Source of the DNA: Naegleria gruberi
Lineage: Eukaryota
Strand: one strand, 5' to 3'
Length of the DNA stretch: 64,000 bases
Assembly (NCBI GenBank): GCA_000004985.1
Contig: GG738873.1
Within the stretch, counting starts at the first letter, position 1. Every line of letters starts with the position of its first letter. This document shows, one piece after another, positions 47,201 through 58,401 of the stretch. Below the pieces are notes generated by a model. The model searched no databases. It saw only the letters and a program-made list of their open reading frames with translations, and was not told the DNA's origin. The position numbers were made by a program, and so were the translations under genes.

Positions 47201-48286
47201 AAACCCTAACCATAGTTTGATTCATTAAGGCTGCATACCTGTAAACAGAAAAAGGCCTGTTTTTTTCATCCCAAGTTCTATCCCCCAGTTGACCTTGATC
47301 GTTAGCACCCCAGCTCCATAGTTTTCCTGATGAATCAATTGCGTAGGCTGAAAAATATCCTAGTGCGATTTGCTCAATTTTTGCACCTCTAAATCCATTT
47401 ACAAATGTTGGGACAAACTTTGTTTTGGTTCCTCCGGTAGCCAATTGTGAACGTTCATTTAACCCAAAAGCAAAAACTCCCTTGTTTGTGAGAATAAGGT
47501 TGGAAAATTGATTTGCCTCGATTTGAAGAATATCCAATCCATCTAAAAGTTCAACAGGAGCATTATATATTAATCTAGTATCATTGGTTAGATGAATTCT
47601 TCCAAGATTACCATTTTCAAAAACTCCAGTTGAGTACAATTTACCGTTGGGCATTAAAATTAATACATGTTTTAACCCAGCACTAATTCTATTTCTAATT
47701 CTTTTAATCGGCAGTCTTGTGTCAAATCTTTCGTAAACCCCTCTTTTACAATTGACAGTAAAATGATCTTGGTTTGTTTCATTTAAATTTGTTTCTCTAA
47801 AATACAATTCTTCACCATAGTCTTCTACGGTGTAATTCTTAACAATTTCAGTTTTTTTCGAAGTCAATTCATACTTACATTCATGACATCAGAAGATTTT
47901 CTTCCCAAATCCTCGATACTGTTTAATCCCAATGAAAGAATATATGAATTTTCCAGTTCCCAACTCAATACCTTTGCAACATTTTGATTGTTTTTGGAAA
48001 CCATAGATTCGAAAATAGTCTTATTGATATTAAGTTGTTCCAGGATTGGAGCTGCTAAATTCAATGCGTCCTCCTTGTCAATAGCTATTGGCTTGGCTCT
48101 ACTGCTGACAAATTTGTCGCGCTCCTCCTGAAGATTGGTCATAACGTTGATAAAACTCTTTTGTTTATCCTTCCAACTTTTAACCAAGGACATTTCATAT
48201 TGTTGTTCCTGATTGTTGATGTCGATATATCCACTTATCTCAACCGTATCATATATTAAAAGTACTAGTGGTAAAGTTGTCATCAT
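44262..48286 (-). CDS. Paralogue A of the RCC1-Kelch family, two exons: join(48286..47879, 47837..44262) with a 41-nt GTAAGT...TTAAG intron. Domain order: hydrophobic N-terminus MMTTLPLVLLIY, about 120-aa helical region, roughly 6 RCC1 repeats, LPWY motif linker, roughly 5 Kelch repeats, EGF-like Cys module, truncated FReD-like segment, second EGF-like module, fibrinogen-related domain
   Basis: RCC1 signatures (GYNGWGQLGTNNN, WGANDQGQLGD, HALVLSNT). Kelch signatures (EMYLFGG, YVYIFGG, YIYLFGG, YIYIYGG). FReD signature CQDYRYPTNSSRVYGGNVGDGVYTIQPDPSVAPFNVYCDMTTDGGGYTLV. The exon-1 ORF 47864..48286 ends in ATG AAT | GTAAGT, and the acceptor restores NYTVEDYG of the 1201-aa ORF in frame. Confidence 0.8.
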
Positions 48287-48497
48287 CCTATTAATGTTCT
48301 GATCACCTACATGTAATGGTTATAAACAATATTTTCATCATTTTAGAATAGCAACTACTTGTGGGAGATGATAGAGAGTCACTTTTCACAGTCTTCTCTC
48401 CACTCATTTTCTCTTTTTTTTTAAGATTACTGTGCCTTTACGGTAATGTATGGCGATTTTACAGTTTTTTAACAGTATATTTAGCGCAAAGAGTTTA

Positions 48498-50113
48498 TTA
48501 CAGATCTAGCTTTCTTCTTACAGAACGCTCATCTTCAACCTCGTTGACTTCTCCTGTTTCATCATCATCAAACAATCCACCACTGCCTGGAGGTAGAATT
48601 TCAGAACCAGATGGTGTAGAAATTCCAGATTCATTAAAACTTCTCTTTTGAGTAATACTTGACATGGATGATAAATTTGAAGCTGGTGAAATTAATAATT
48701 TACCATGTTGTTGTGGAGTACATGTTGCTTCTCCCATCATTTCATCATTCGAAACCATGCTAATATTATTTACACTACCAAGAGAATCTCTCCCTCTGAA
48801 AATACTATTTGGTCCCACTAAACTCATCATTGAGTAAGATGAAAGACCACTTGTATTTCCTGGACTGTCTTCAAAGTTTAAAACCTTACTGACAGAATTT
48901 GTAATTCTGTGATGAATTTCTTCTCCATACATTTTTGTGTGAGATTCATAATCTCTTCTCTCTTGTTCGTCATGGTTGATTGCAAGACGTTGATAAGAAT
49001 CCATGGCATGTTTTCTCTTTGGAACAGGAAGGTTAAGTTTAGGAGTTGGTTGAACACCACGAGTAAAGTAAGGATGATTAAGAGCTTGTTCAGCTGTGAT
49101 TCTCTTCTTTGGATCAAAAACAAGCATCTTACTAATTAAATCAATAGCATCACGACTGGCAGCAGTAAAGAGAGCATGGAATTCAGTCTTTTGGAATGGC
49201 TCAAATTCAATATAATTAGGTAATAATTTCATTCCAGGCCATTCTTCCTCAGAAGGTGTTCCCAAACAAGCAAATATCTTTCCCAATTGATCAATATCAG
49301 AATCTCCAGGGAAAAGAGGAGCACGTAACATGAGCTCAGCAAATATGCACCCAATACTCCACATGTCCACACTTGGACCATATAACTCAGCTCCAAATAA
49401 TAATTCTGGAGCTCTGTACCATCTGGTAACACATTGTGGAGAGTATCTCTTATCTGGTGAGCCATATATTTTAGCAAGACCCTTTTTTTAGATAATTTGA
49501 ATGTCTAATGTGCATTGTATTCCTCAATACTTACAAAGTCAGCAAGCTTTAGCTCTACTTCATTGGTTTCTTCGTTTTTCCACAAGAATAGATTGGAAGG
49601 TTTCAAGTCACGGTGGAGTACCCAATTTTTGTGACAATAGTCTACTGCTTCCAAAATCATTTTCATATATTGTTTAATGTCAGTTTCATGTAAAACTATA
49701 GTCTTTTCCTTTATAACTTGTTCCAGATCGCCAAAGCCACAATATTCAAAAACTAAATTAATATTCTTCTTATTCACAAATACATCCAATAAATTTAAAA
49801 TATTTTGATGTTTAATTTCTTGGAGTGATTTAACTTCACGGATAGCAGAAAATGAAACACCTTCTTCAATACCTCGGGCAGAATCAGATGAAAGTGATCC
49901 GAGCTTTATCTTTTTGATGGCTACTGTTTGATTTGTTTCAAGATCTTTTAAAATCGTTATTAAATTATAAATATACAATAATAATTTGTAGTTGTTGTTA
50001 TAGTTACACATACCTTTACACTTGTAAACAATACCGAAAGTACCCTCTCCGATAAAACAAATTCTTTCATACCTTCGTGCTCTTTGATTAGCGGCAAGTA
50101 AATAGTCAAGCAT
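48498..50113 (-). CDS. CDK7: CDK7-like cyclin-dependent kinase (CDK-activating kinase), three exons: join(50113..50014, 49944..49535, 49481..48498). Introns are 69 nt (GTATGT) and 53 nt (GTAAGT). Carries a C-terminal extension of about 170 aa, Ser/Thr-rich and acidic
   Basis: RYERICFIGEGTFGIVYKCK / DLETNQTVAIKKIKLG / HRDLKPSNL / LKLADF|GLAKIYGSPDKRYSPQCVTRWYRAPELLFGAELYGPSVDMWSIGCIFAEL / PGDSDIDQLGKIFACLGTP match human CDK7 block for block. Splice junctions restore the GxGxxG-to-VAIK and DFG-to-APE regions. Confidence 0.88.
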
Positions 50114-50172
50114 TTTTTTTGGCTTGTTTTTGAATATTTTATATTGAAACGATATGATTTGGCGCCAACTAG

Positions 50173-50185
50173 TTTATTATTTATT
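50173..50185 (-). promoter_or_regulatory. AATAAATAATAAA poly(A)-signal-like hexamers overlapping the stop codon of the ankyrin gene, only about 60 nt upstream of the CDK7 ATG
   Basis: Minus-strand reading ...TTG AAT AAA TAA taataaactagt... then 63 nt to the ATG at 50113. Confidence 0.35.
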
Positions 50186-52354
50186 CAATAAATTTTCCAA
50201 AAGATTAATAATCTCTGAAAAGTGAGTATTGTTCATGCACCCTGGATCATTCATTTGTTTCTTTAACAAATCCAAAACATTTACCTTATTTTCATCTTTA
50301 AGCATTATCCAAAGTGGAGAGTCGGGCGAATCATCGATATGAGAATTGAATTCCTCAATTAAAAATAAAGCACTTTCAAAATCCTTATCATTAACACATG
50401 AAAAGAGTAAAGACCTCATATTTTGATTCTGTATAAAGGACAATTTGACAAGCAATTTGGAATAATGTTGAGGAACCTGATACTTTTCAAATCTTTGTTT
50501 CATGAATTTAATTACCTGAGGGAGAAGTGCTGTATTATTCTCAACTCTACCAACCAAGTAAGTGAAAGGTAAATTATTGAATGAATCCATTTTGAGAGCA
50601 TTAGCTCCATGTCTTATTAGGAACAAAATTGATGCCAGTGGCAATTCTATACAAGTCTTGTGGAAAAATGGTATATTACCAGAGGTTTGTTTGTTGTGAT
50701 CGAAAGGGCATTCGTTGATATCTAATCCATATTCTAGTAGATTACGGCAAATTGATAGCTTTCCCTGTTTTAGAGATTCGAAAAAAACATCTATTACTGT
50801 TGGAATTTCCTCATTTGTTGTCGAAAAATCCAACGAAATTTGTTGAGTAAGGCACTTGTGGAATTTTTTCTTCATATCTTGGAAACGAGGTTTTCCCAAA
50901 AGATAACATTTGGAAAAAGTCTCTCCAAATGTCCATTTCCACAAAAACTCACAAATTTGTTTACAAGTCTCACCCTTCTTTTTGTCATCGAGAGTTATTG
51001 GGCTGTTTGCATCTTCGAGCAAAATGTAAAAGAGTGGTGTAAACCTTCTAGAATCTCGTTGTAACAAGAGTTCTGGGCACTCCTTGTACAAAAACTTGAG
51101 GGTATCAATTTGACCAAACTTTGCAGCAATATGCATGAGAGTACAATTATAATAATTTGAAAATGAAATACATCTTAGGAAGCATCTAAATTCTTGTCGT
51201 TGTCTGATAACATTGTTAAATCTCTCGTGAAGAAGGCTTTTCAATTGAATGAGGGTTGATTGGTCATTATTTACAGTAGAGAGGCAAGAAATTAAAAGTG
51301 ATTTCCATTCTTCAGAATTCATATGTACAGTGCTTGGGATATTTACAATGGTAGAGGATTGTTGATTGGAAGTTTGTGAGGAAAAAAGAGGAGCAGTGGC
51401 TATATTTGAGTGTCTTCTCAAGTAGTACGCTCTGGAATTGAGGGTATCTGTTGTTTCCTTATTGTGTTGCTCAGACCCAAATGTGAAAGAGCTACAAGCT
51501 AAAGAGGCGAAACTTTGGGCCTCATCAGTTGCTTCAAGGGAACTGACAGTGCTCGAGAAGGAAGACAGAAAGAGTGAATTTGAAAGCGAAGTAGGTGTTT
51601 GTTCATCAGAACTCAGTACTGAACTGTTAGTCATTGTTGTTGATGTTGAGGTGTTGAGTATCAAGGAACTGTCATCCTCCTCTGTGTAATCATTATCAAA
51701 ACTATCAGAGGTTGAGGTTTCAATAATGGTATTAACTGTGGAGGAAGCAGGTGCATTTTCCAGCTCTTCGAATGCCTTCTCTATGGAACGAATATTGTTG
51801 GTAATGCGTGTTGGGGTGGTAGGGAAGTTGGTTGTCTGTTTTTCAAATTCATTCTCATCATCTGTTGTTATTTCACTCGTAAAGTAATTTGGTTTAATGG
51901 CTTTTGGTTTGATAGGTTCATCCTGTTGTTGTTGTTGCAATTCCTTCTTCTTTGGTCTGTGAGAGAAAATATCCTGATCAAACATAATATCTGACTCACT
52001 AACACAAGAGGAAAATAAAGGCGAGCTTTTAGTTTTACCGAAGAGAGTTCTACTTCGCAAAAAGCCACCACTCTTCTTTTCCAATGATTGATCTGGTGAT
52101 GATACGATTATTGGAATGTTGGATTTTTCTTGTTGTTGGGAAGAAACAGCTGGATCACTATCACTACAAATACTGGTATTACATGATGATTTGCCTATAG
52201 GAAATGTTGATGGAGCAATACTTGCTCTCCTCGTTGATGAAGGAGGTGATGTTGTTGAAGTGTTATTGTTATTACACAAATAGGTGCCACTCCCAAAGTT
52301 ACTCCTCCTAGGAAGAAGAATTCTGTTTGGAGTTGTTGGTGTTGTTGAACTCAT
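50177..52354 (-). CDS. Ankyrin-repeat-containing protein with a long Ser/Thr/Asn-rich low-complexity N-terminus (725 aa). Function unknown
   Basis: ATG at 52354. ANK-like units (TLMHIAAKFGQIDTLKFLYKECPELLLQRDSRRFTPLFYIL; LFLIRHGANALKMDSFNNLPFTYL). No stop over 2.2 kb in AT-rich DNA. Confidence 0.5.
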   Translation of the reverse strand: MSSTTPTTPNRILLPRRSNFGSGTYLCNNNNTSTTSPPSSTRRASIAPSTFPIGKSSCNTSICSDSDPAVSSQQQEKSNIPIIVSSPDQSLEKKSGGFLRSRTLFGKTKSSPLFSSCVSESDIMFDQDIFSHRPKKKELQQQQQDEPIKPKAIKPNYFTSEITTDDENEFEKQTTNFPTTPTRITNNIRSIEKAFEELENAPASSTVNTIIETSTSDSFDNDYTEEDDSSLILNTSTSTTMTNSSVLSSDEQTPTSLSNSLFLSSFSSTVSSLEATDEAQSFASLACSSFTFGSEQHNKETTDTLNSRAYYLRRHSNIATAPLFSSQTSNQQSSTIVNIPSTVHMNSEEWKSLLISCLSTVNNDQSTLIQLKSLLHERFNNVIRQRQEFRCFLRCISFSNYYNCTLMHIAAKFGQIDTLKFLYKECPELLLQRDSRRFTPLFYILLEDANSPITLDDKKKGETCKQICEFLWKWTFGETFSKCYLLGKPRFQDMKKKFHKCLTQQISLDFSTTNEEIPTVIDVFFESLKQGKLSICRNLLEYGLDINECPFDHNKQTSGNIPFFHKTCIELPLASILFLIRHGANALKMDSFNNLPFTYLVGRVENNTALLPQVIKFMKQRFEKYQVPQHYSKLLVKLSFIQNQNMRSLLFSCVNDKDFESALFLIEEFNSHIDDSPDSPLWIMLKDENKVNVLDLLKKQMNDPGCMNNTHFSEIINLLENLLNK

Positions 52355-52857
52355 AAATCCAATTATTAATATTCGTCTCGAAGAGCAAAAAGAAAGATTT
52401 TAGCCTTCAGAGTATTTGAACGCTTTTCTTCAAAGTACGATGGCGACCACAGAGTAAAGTTGTTGAGAAGGGAAGATAAGTGGCGCTGGTGAAGAAGCGG
52501 TGAAAGCCTTTTTTTGCTCTTTTGTGCCTCAAGCCTTATGCAAGGCCTATTGGTGTGAGTTGAATGATTCTTTACAGAGGCGATGATGGATGTGGCTTGC
52601 AGCTCGTTTATACAAAAGCCTGGTAATGATGAGTGTGTGAATTAACCAATAATTTTACATGTATTTCTATCATACAACATTACGTTAACTCTATATTAAA
52701 TTAAATATTAAGAAGGAAACGTGAGAAGTTAATCACATTAGAACGTAACATTGATTCTGCTTACCAATCTATTAATAAATATTAAAAAAATTTGCAATAA
52801 TAACAATTTAAAACTGTAAAAGAGTTTGTCCAAGTCATAACATTCCAACTCCTTTTT

Positions 52858-54397
52858 ATGAATAATAGGTGGTTGCCAACAAACGACGATTCCTCATTCA
52901 TCCCTCTCGATCTACTCTCGTCCTCAATTACAGAGTGTCCACCTCTTCATTCTGAATCAAAAACAGAATCACTAACGACATTAAAAAAGCCAAGCAACAC
53001 CCAAAATTCATACATTCCTAAACGAATTAATTCTAAAGAAACTCGTCATCACCTCGATCATTATTATTATCACCAATTACAACAAGAAATTAGAGAAGAT
53101 CCCGATCAAACAATGAATATATTTTATTATAAACAACAATCGGAAAATCAATCCAATGATCCGAAATTAGCTACCAGAGGATGTAGCGAATTTGATGAAG
53201 TAGTACAACAATCTTCATCCATTGAAGGTGGTTCCAAGAAGGAAATTATAGAAGACAAGGAAAAATCAATTCTATTCTGTGGATTTAATCAGTTAAATAA
53301 TTTATTTGCAGTTGGTACTGAACAAGGTTTCTATGTCTATTCAACAGGTAGTCTACGTGAAAGGACCAAAATGTGTAAGTACTATTATTGGTCAAGAACC
53401 CATTTCTAATTTTAAAAAGTATTTAATGGAGGTATTGGAATTGTTGAAATGTTATTCAAGTCAAAGTAAGTAATTGACATTCAATGGTGGAATATTTAAT
53501 TTAAACAGTATTTTTGCTCTTGTGGGTGGAGGTTCAAAACCAGCCTTTGCACCTGATCGAGTTATTTTATGGGAAGACTCTCAAAAGAAGATTATTTCTG
53601 AAATTTCCACTGGAAACAAACCAATTAAGGCTGTTAAGTTACATAAAAACTTGCTAATTGTTGTACTGGAAGATCAAGTAATTGTCTATGATCATGATAT
53701 TAAGGAAAGAAGCAGAGATTCTACAACTGATAATCCTTATGGTATTTGTGCAATTTCTCCTGATACTGAAAATATTGTATTGGCCTACCCTTCAGTTCAA
53801 GTTGGATATATCACAGTTGATCATTTGACCATTCCAAATAGAAAACTTCATATCAAAGCCCATGAATCAAAAATATCTCAAATAGCACTCAACAAGGATG
53901 GTACTCGTGTAGCAACAGCCAGTGAGAAGGGAACACTAATTAGAGTATTTGATACAACTACCAAACTTTTGGTTAAGGAAGTAAGAAGAGGATCTAAACA
54001 AGCTCACATTTATTCTATTGCTTTTTCAGATGATTCTAATTTCATTTGTTGCTCTTCAGATACAGGTACTATTCACGTTTTTTCTCTTGTGGACAATACT
54101 CAAAATAGAACTTCAAGCTTCTCATTTGTAGGGGGTTATATTGCAAGCATTTTCAATTCAGAATGGAGTTTTGGTGAATATCGAGGAGGAGAAGATGGCC
54201 TTGTTGATATACCAACATTATGTTCATTTGCACCAAGAAAAGAAGAAGAAAAAACAATAGCTATCAATGTTTTAACTGGTAAAGGTGAGGTTGTAATTTT
54301 AACATTTGACGTTTCAGGAGGTCAAACAACCCCAACTAATGTTGAAAAGAAATCATTTGTTTCAAATGAATCTCCAAATAATTCTCCATCTCTTTAA
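52858..54397 (+). CDS. WIPI/Atg18-family PROPPIN (WD40 beta-propeller, phosphoinositide-binding RRG motif), three exons: join(52858..53374, 53420..53465, 53509..54397). It includes a 46-nt micro-exon, 45- and 43-nt introns, and an N-terminal extension of about 140 aa
   Basis: ILFCGFNQLNNLFAVGTEQGFYVYS (propeller blade 1). The micro-exon encodes LFNGGIGIVEMLFKS, matching the conserved IVEMLF motif of Atg18. TLIRVFDTTTKLLVKEVRRGSKQAHIYSIAFSDDSNFICCSSDTGTIHVFSL matches the WIPI (L/F)RRG block. Both donors are GTAAGT. Confidence 0.8.
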
Positions 54398-54595
54398 AGG
54401 ATGTATTATGAATAAAAGTGTAAATATTAGCATTTTGGATGATTTTATATTTAATTTTATTTTTGAATTTAAAAAAAAAACTAAAACTTTACTGTTTTGT
54501 TGATGGAGTCCTCTAGCAAAGATTATTAGGAGATTTGCTTTCTTCAAAAAACCGACTCGACTTTTTAACTATACTAGTATCACAACTCTTAAACA

Positions 54596-56658
54596 TGAAG
54601 AGGCAACACGAAGAATCATCAAGTGGCATTAAATTGGGTGATGATGACGTTAATCAATTCCTCCAATCCATAAACCGCTATAACAATCCCTTCATTACCG
54701 AATCATTACTTTCATCAAATAATTATTCTGATATTACATCACCAGAACATGCTCATGTTGACTCCGAGGATGAGGAGGATCAAACTTGTCAACCTTCCTC
54801 ATTGGCACCAGCAAGAAAGTTTAGAAAGATAAATTCCTCCAATTTATTGCTTGCCCAACATAATTTAGAAACAACAGCCGGTGATTTGGCTTGTGCTCCT
54901 TCTGTTTTTGATGATGATGAAGAAGAGGAAGACAATGAAGAGATTTATGATGACGAAAATCCAAGACTTATTGATAAAACAAGGACCGTTGGATCACTTT
55001 TGGATGAATTTCAAATACAAAATTGGTTTGATACAACAACTGATCTTGCCCACACTAAAATAACTGATTATTTCATATCCAATAAGAAGGTTATTTCTAT
55101 GCTGCATAGTATGAGATTACATTATGGATTGGAAATTGAATTTGGATCAACCCTTCTCTATAAGGTTTGGGAGTCCTCTCAGAGAAGATTGTTCAGCCAA
55201 TTAATGTTATCATTTTCTCCTGATTTGTACAATGAAAATATTGTTGAGATGAAAAGATATGCAGAGCCTCAACCAGGTGTGGAATATTTAAAGAGAGTTG
55301 TAAAGGAATATTTTGTGAAAGAAAACAGCCAAAATACCGAAATTCAAAATTTGAAAATTACAAAAGATTTAAGTATTGATGAAGAACTAATAAGAGTTGC
55401 CAAGTTTGTTCTCAATAGCAAGCAAAAGAGAATCAAACTTCTTTCGTGTACCATGGATGAATGGAATGAAGAATTGGATGTAATGAGTAATGGAGGATTT
55501 TCAGCAGCTGGAGCTTCCGTTGGAAGTCTAAAGAGCATTAATTTAACATCAGAAAATATTAGAAACTATAATAATACATCTGGGGAAGTTGTTACATCTC
55601 TTCAGTTTGTTGATAGCAACTCGGGCAAAAGCTTTATTTCTATTTCAGATGAGGATCCTCTAGATCCAGAGACTAGGAATATTACTGACCCAAGAGTGAG
55701 TGAAGCTAGATATAAAAGAGAAATGTACAGAATCAATCGTTGGAAGACAGAAGGAGCCTATCTAAGAAGATTATATATTGGTGAAATTGATGAAAACAAG
55801 TCATTTTCTTCAAATATGTTCTATGATGGGCAGTCTAGAATCAAATGTTCACCTTTACTGAAAAAATTATATTACAAATTCTTTACACACGTTCCAAGAA
55901 TGTTGGATATTGAAGAAGTTTTACGTTTACTTGTTTCAAAACCAAACGAGTCACACGAAATATTTACAAATCTAGAAACTCATGTGTTTAGAGAATTGGA
56001 TCGATTCAAGGTTAGCCTATGCTTGAAAATAGAAATAGCTTTCGAGGACATTTGTGGATTACATATTCAAAAGGCACCTAGTGGTCCTTATGGCTGGGCT
56101 TTATTAGTGCTAAAACTTGCAAAGAGACCCAAGTTCTTTACAAGACGTGTAATGAGCTCGGATAGAAAGAAAAATCTAGTTAAGCAACGAAATTCTGATT
56201 TCACTCCAAATAATATTGCATCCAAATACAGCACACATTATATAATCGGTGATGAAAGAGAACTGAAACGTATAGTTGCTCTAATGATTGAGGCTGATTC
56301 TGATGTTGGACATATTTGTAAACTATACAAACAAGGCATGGATGATATCTCATTCCCTACTAGCCCAGACTGGAGTTTTGAGGAAAGGAAATCTCAAACC
56401 CAATCCAAACAGAAGGAAATATCATATCCATCCAAGATTTCTTTCCAATCTGCTTTTTTATGCAAAGAAGACGAAGAAAATCAACGAGTGAATGAGGAAT
56501 TATACGATTCTGATGATGGTGTTTTCCCATTTGATGTTTCTATTGACAAACTGGATACAATTAGTAGGCAAAAGTATGAAAGACGACAATTGCAACTAGA
56601 AGATTTAGTAGATATGGAGAATAAGAATTTTGGATTGGATGAATGTTTTGTGCAATAA
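54596..56658 (+). CDS. Hypothetical acidic protein (about 687 aa from the first ATG, MKRQHEESSS...). DE-rich segment DDDEEEEDNEEIYDDE. No domain recognised
   Basis: Long open frame. The listed start at 54535 is TTG; the first ATG is at 54596. Internal introns cannot be excluded. Confidence 0.45.
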
Positions 56659-56662
56659 ATAT

Positions 56663-58344
56663 TTATCTCTTTTTTCCATAAGTGAAAAAGTTTTCCATAA
56701 TACTGCCAGAGGTGGCTGGATCAGAAAATGGACAACCAGAAGAACAAGGTTTGAATTCTTCTGACTTTTTGTTTTTGTAATATCTCAACCAAAAAGCTCT
56801 ATCAAAACTCTTCAAGAGTAGCCAATCATCTTGCCTTCCCTTATCAAAAAAGAGAGGATCCTTCTTTAAAATTGTATTGACAAATTCATCTAGTTCAGTA
56901 TGAGTGGTGAATTTGAAAACTTCTTGAGTAAAACCAAACTTTTCTTTCACTTCCTTTGGTAATGTATAATTCAACTCGCAACTTCCATTTGTTCTTAATT
57001 TCTCACAATAGTCATGAAGGGCTCCTTTAAACTTGAGCTCCAAACCCAATACTCTACAAAGTTCGTCAACAAAATGTTGACAGTTAGCCTTCTTTTGAGA
57101 ATACATCATGTTCATATTCCACTCACAAATTACATTACTAATCTTTTCGAGGGCTTCTCCAACCTGTGGTCCATGGAAGCATCTATCCACGTCAGCAGCT
57201 AGTACAGCAGCACCAGAGTAGCATTTTCTTGGTACAATTAATGATGAGTCATTCCACTATTTGTTGTTTCGATATGTTTCAATGAAATGATATTAAATTC
57301 ACTTACCTCTAAATACCATGGTCCTACTACTAGAGCAGAGTGAAAGAGTCCAAATTGAGGAACAACATTGAATGTATCTAAAACTGGAGAAAGGAATTTT
57401 CTGAAATTTCTTTGAGCAGCAGTTCTATGTAGTTCAACAATTACTAATTTGACCTTTAAAAATTCTTCATCCTTAATTATATAATTCTTATTAGTTTGCA
57501 GATCAGAAATTTCATTTTCCATTTTTTGTAAATCTCTCCTTTCTTCTTCATCAACCGCAGAATTGTTACCATCTTCAGCAATATTGGAAGCAATATTTGG
57601 AGCTCTACTTGAAGGGATAATTGATCCGAGATGTGATGTTGTAGAAGGTGGTGATCTACCAATTGGTTTTGAAGAAGGGGATGAGGTTGTATCATCATTG
57701 ATCAATTCTGTAATCGTCTTTTTTGTTGCAACAAAATCCTTATTCAAATAACTGTTTAAGAGATGCTTCTTGACGACTAAATTCTTTGCCTTGTCCTTTT
57801 TCTGTTTATCTGACAAGTTTTGCAAACCTTTCAATTTATCCAATTTACTCAAACACTTTTTAATGGCAACATCTTCATCAATCTGAGGAGTATGTGGGGT
57901 AGAAGGACTATTAATTGTTGTCAGTGATGATGGAGAAGTTGTATTATTTACATTGCTTTTTGTGGTGAGTGTTCGATCTAATTCTCTCATCAATTTGATT
58001 GCCACTCCAGTCGGAATATTCATTTCATCAACAAGTGTATCCTTTGTTAGGGACTCTAACATGGATCCATCAAGACCAACAAAATGTTTCTTATATTCAT
58101 CAAAACCATGAGTAGAAAGCCACTCCATCACCATATCATTGGTCCAATTAGAAATTTCCAAAATATGATTATTTGTTTGTTGTTGTATATAAAACCCTGA
58201 TGATGCTGTTGCTCTATTAATTTGTTGTTGTTGATTTTGTTGTTGGGTGAGAGGTTGTTTCTCAGAGGCGGCTTGTTGATCTTCCTCCGTAGTGACACCT
58301 CTTCCTTCACTCCAACTTGTCCACCAACTTTGGCCAAGACCCAT
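56663..58344 (-). CDS. SAM-domain protein with a C-terminal PPPDE/DeSI-like cysteine peptidase domain, two exons: join(58344..57307, 57256..56663) with a 50-nt GTAAGT...AATAG intron. The N-terminus MGLGQS fits an N-myristoylation consensus. Has poly-Q/N stretches
   Basis: SAM block: ISNWTNDMVMEWLSTHGFDEYKKHFVGLDGSMLESLTKDTLVDEMNIPTGVAIKLMREL. PPPDE block: FGLFHSALVVGPWYLE|WNDSS...YSQKKANCQHFVDELCRVLGL (His ... NCxHF...LC). The splice joins ORF 57238..58344 to ORF 56663..57190 in frame. Confidence 0.6.
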
Positions 58345-58401
58345 TTTTTATGTTGGAAGATATTTTGATTTTCTTGCTGCTCTAGAAATTTATTAATAAT
58401 T

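Noticed and set aside
47867-47867. Track start 'M' of the 1201-aa ORF taken as the true N-terminus of paralogue A
   Set aside because: The codon at 47867 is TTG and lies inside the 41-nt intron. The real protein begins at the ATG ATG at 48286 in the upstream exon
48361-48651. 96-aa plus-strand ORF between paralogue A and CDK7
   Set aside because: Overlaps the CDK7 3' coding end in antisense and the intergenic region. Low-complexity Ser/Leu-rich translation. The likelier role of this stretch is the promoter or 5' UTR of paralogue A
57238-58344. Poly-Q/N stretches (QQQNQQQQ, QQQTNN) as a Dictyostelium-type signature
   Set aside because: The overall base composition is far less AT-biased than dictyostelid genomes, and homopolymeric codon runs are short. 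Not diagnostic
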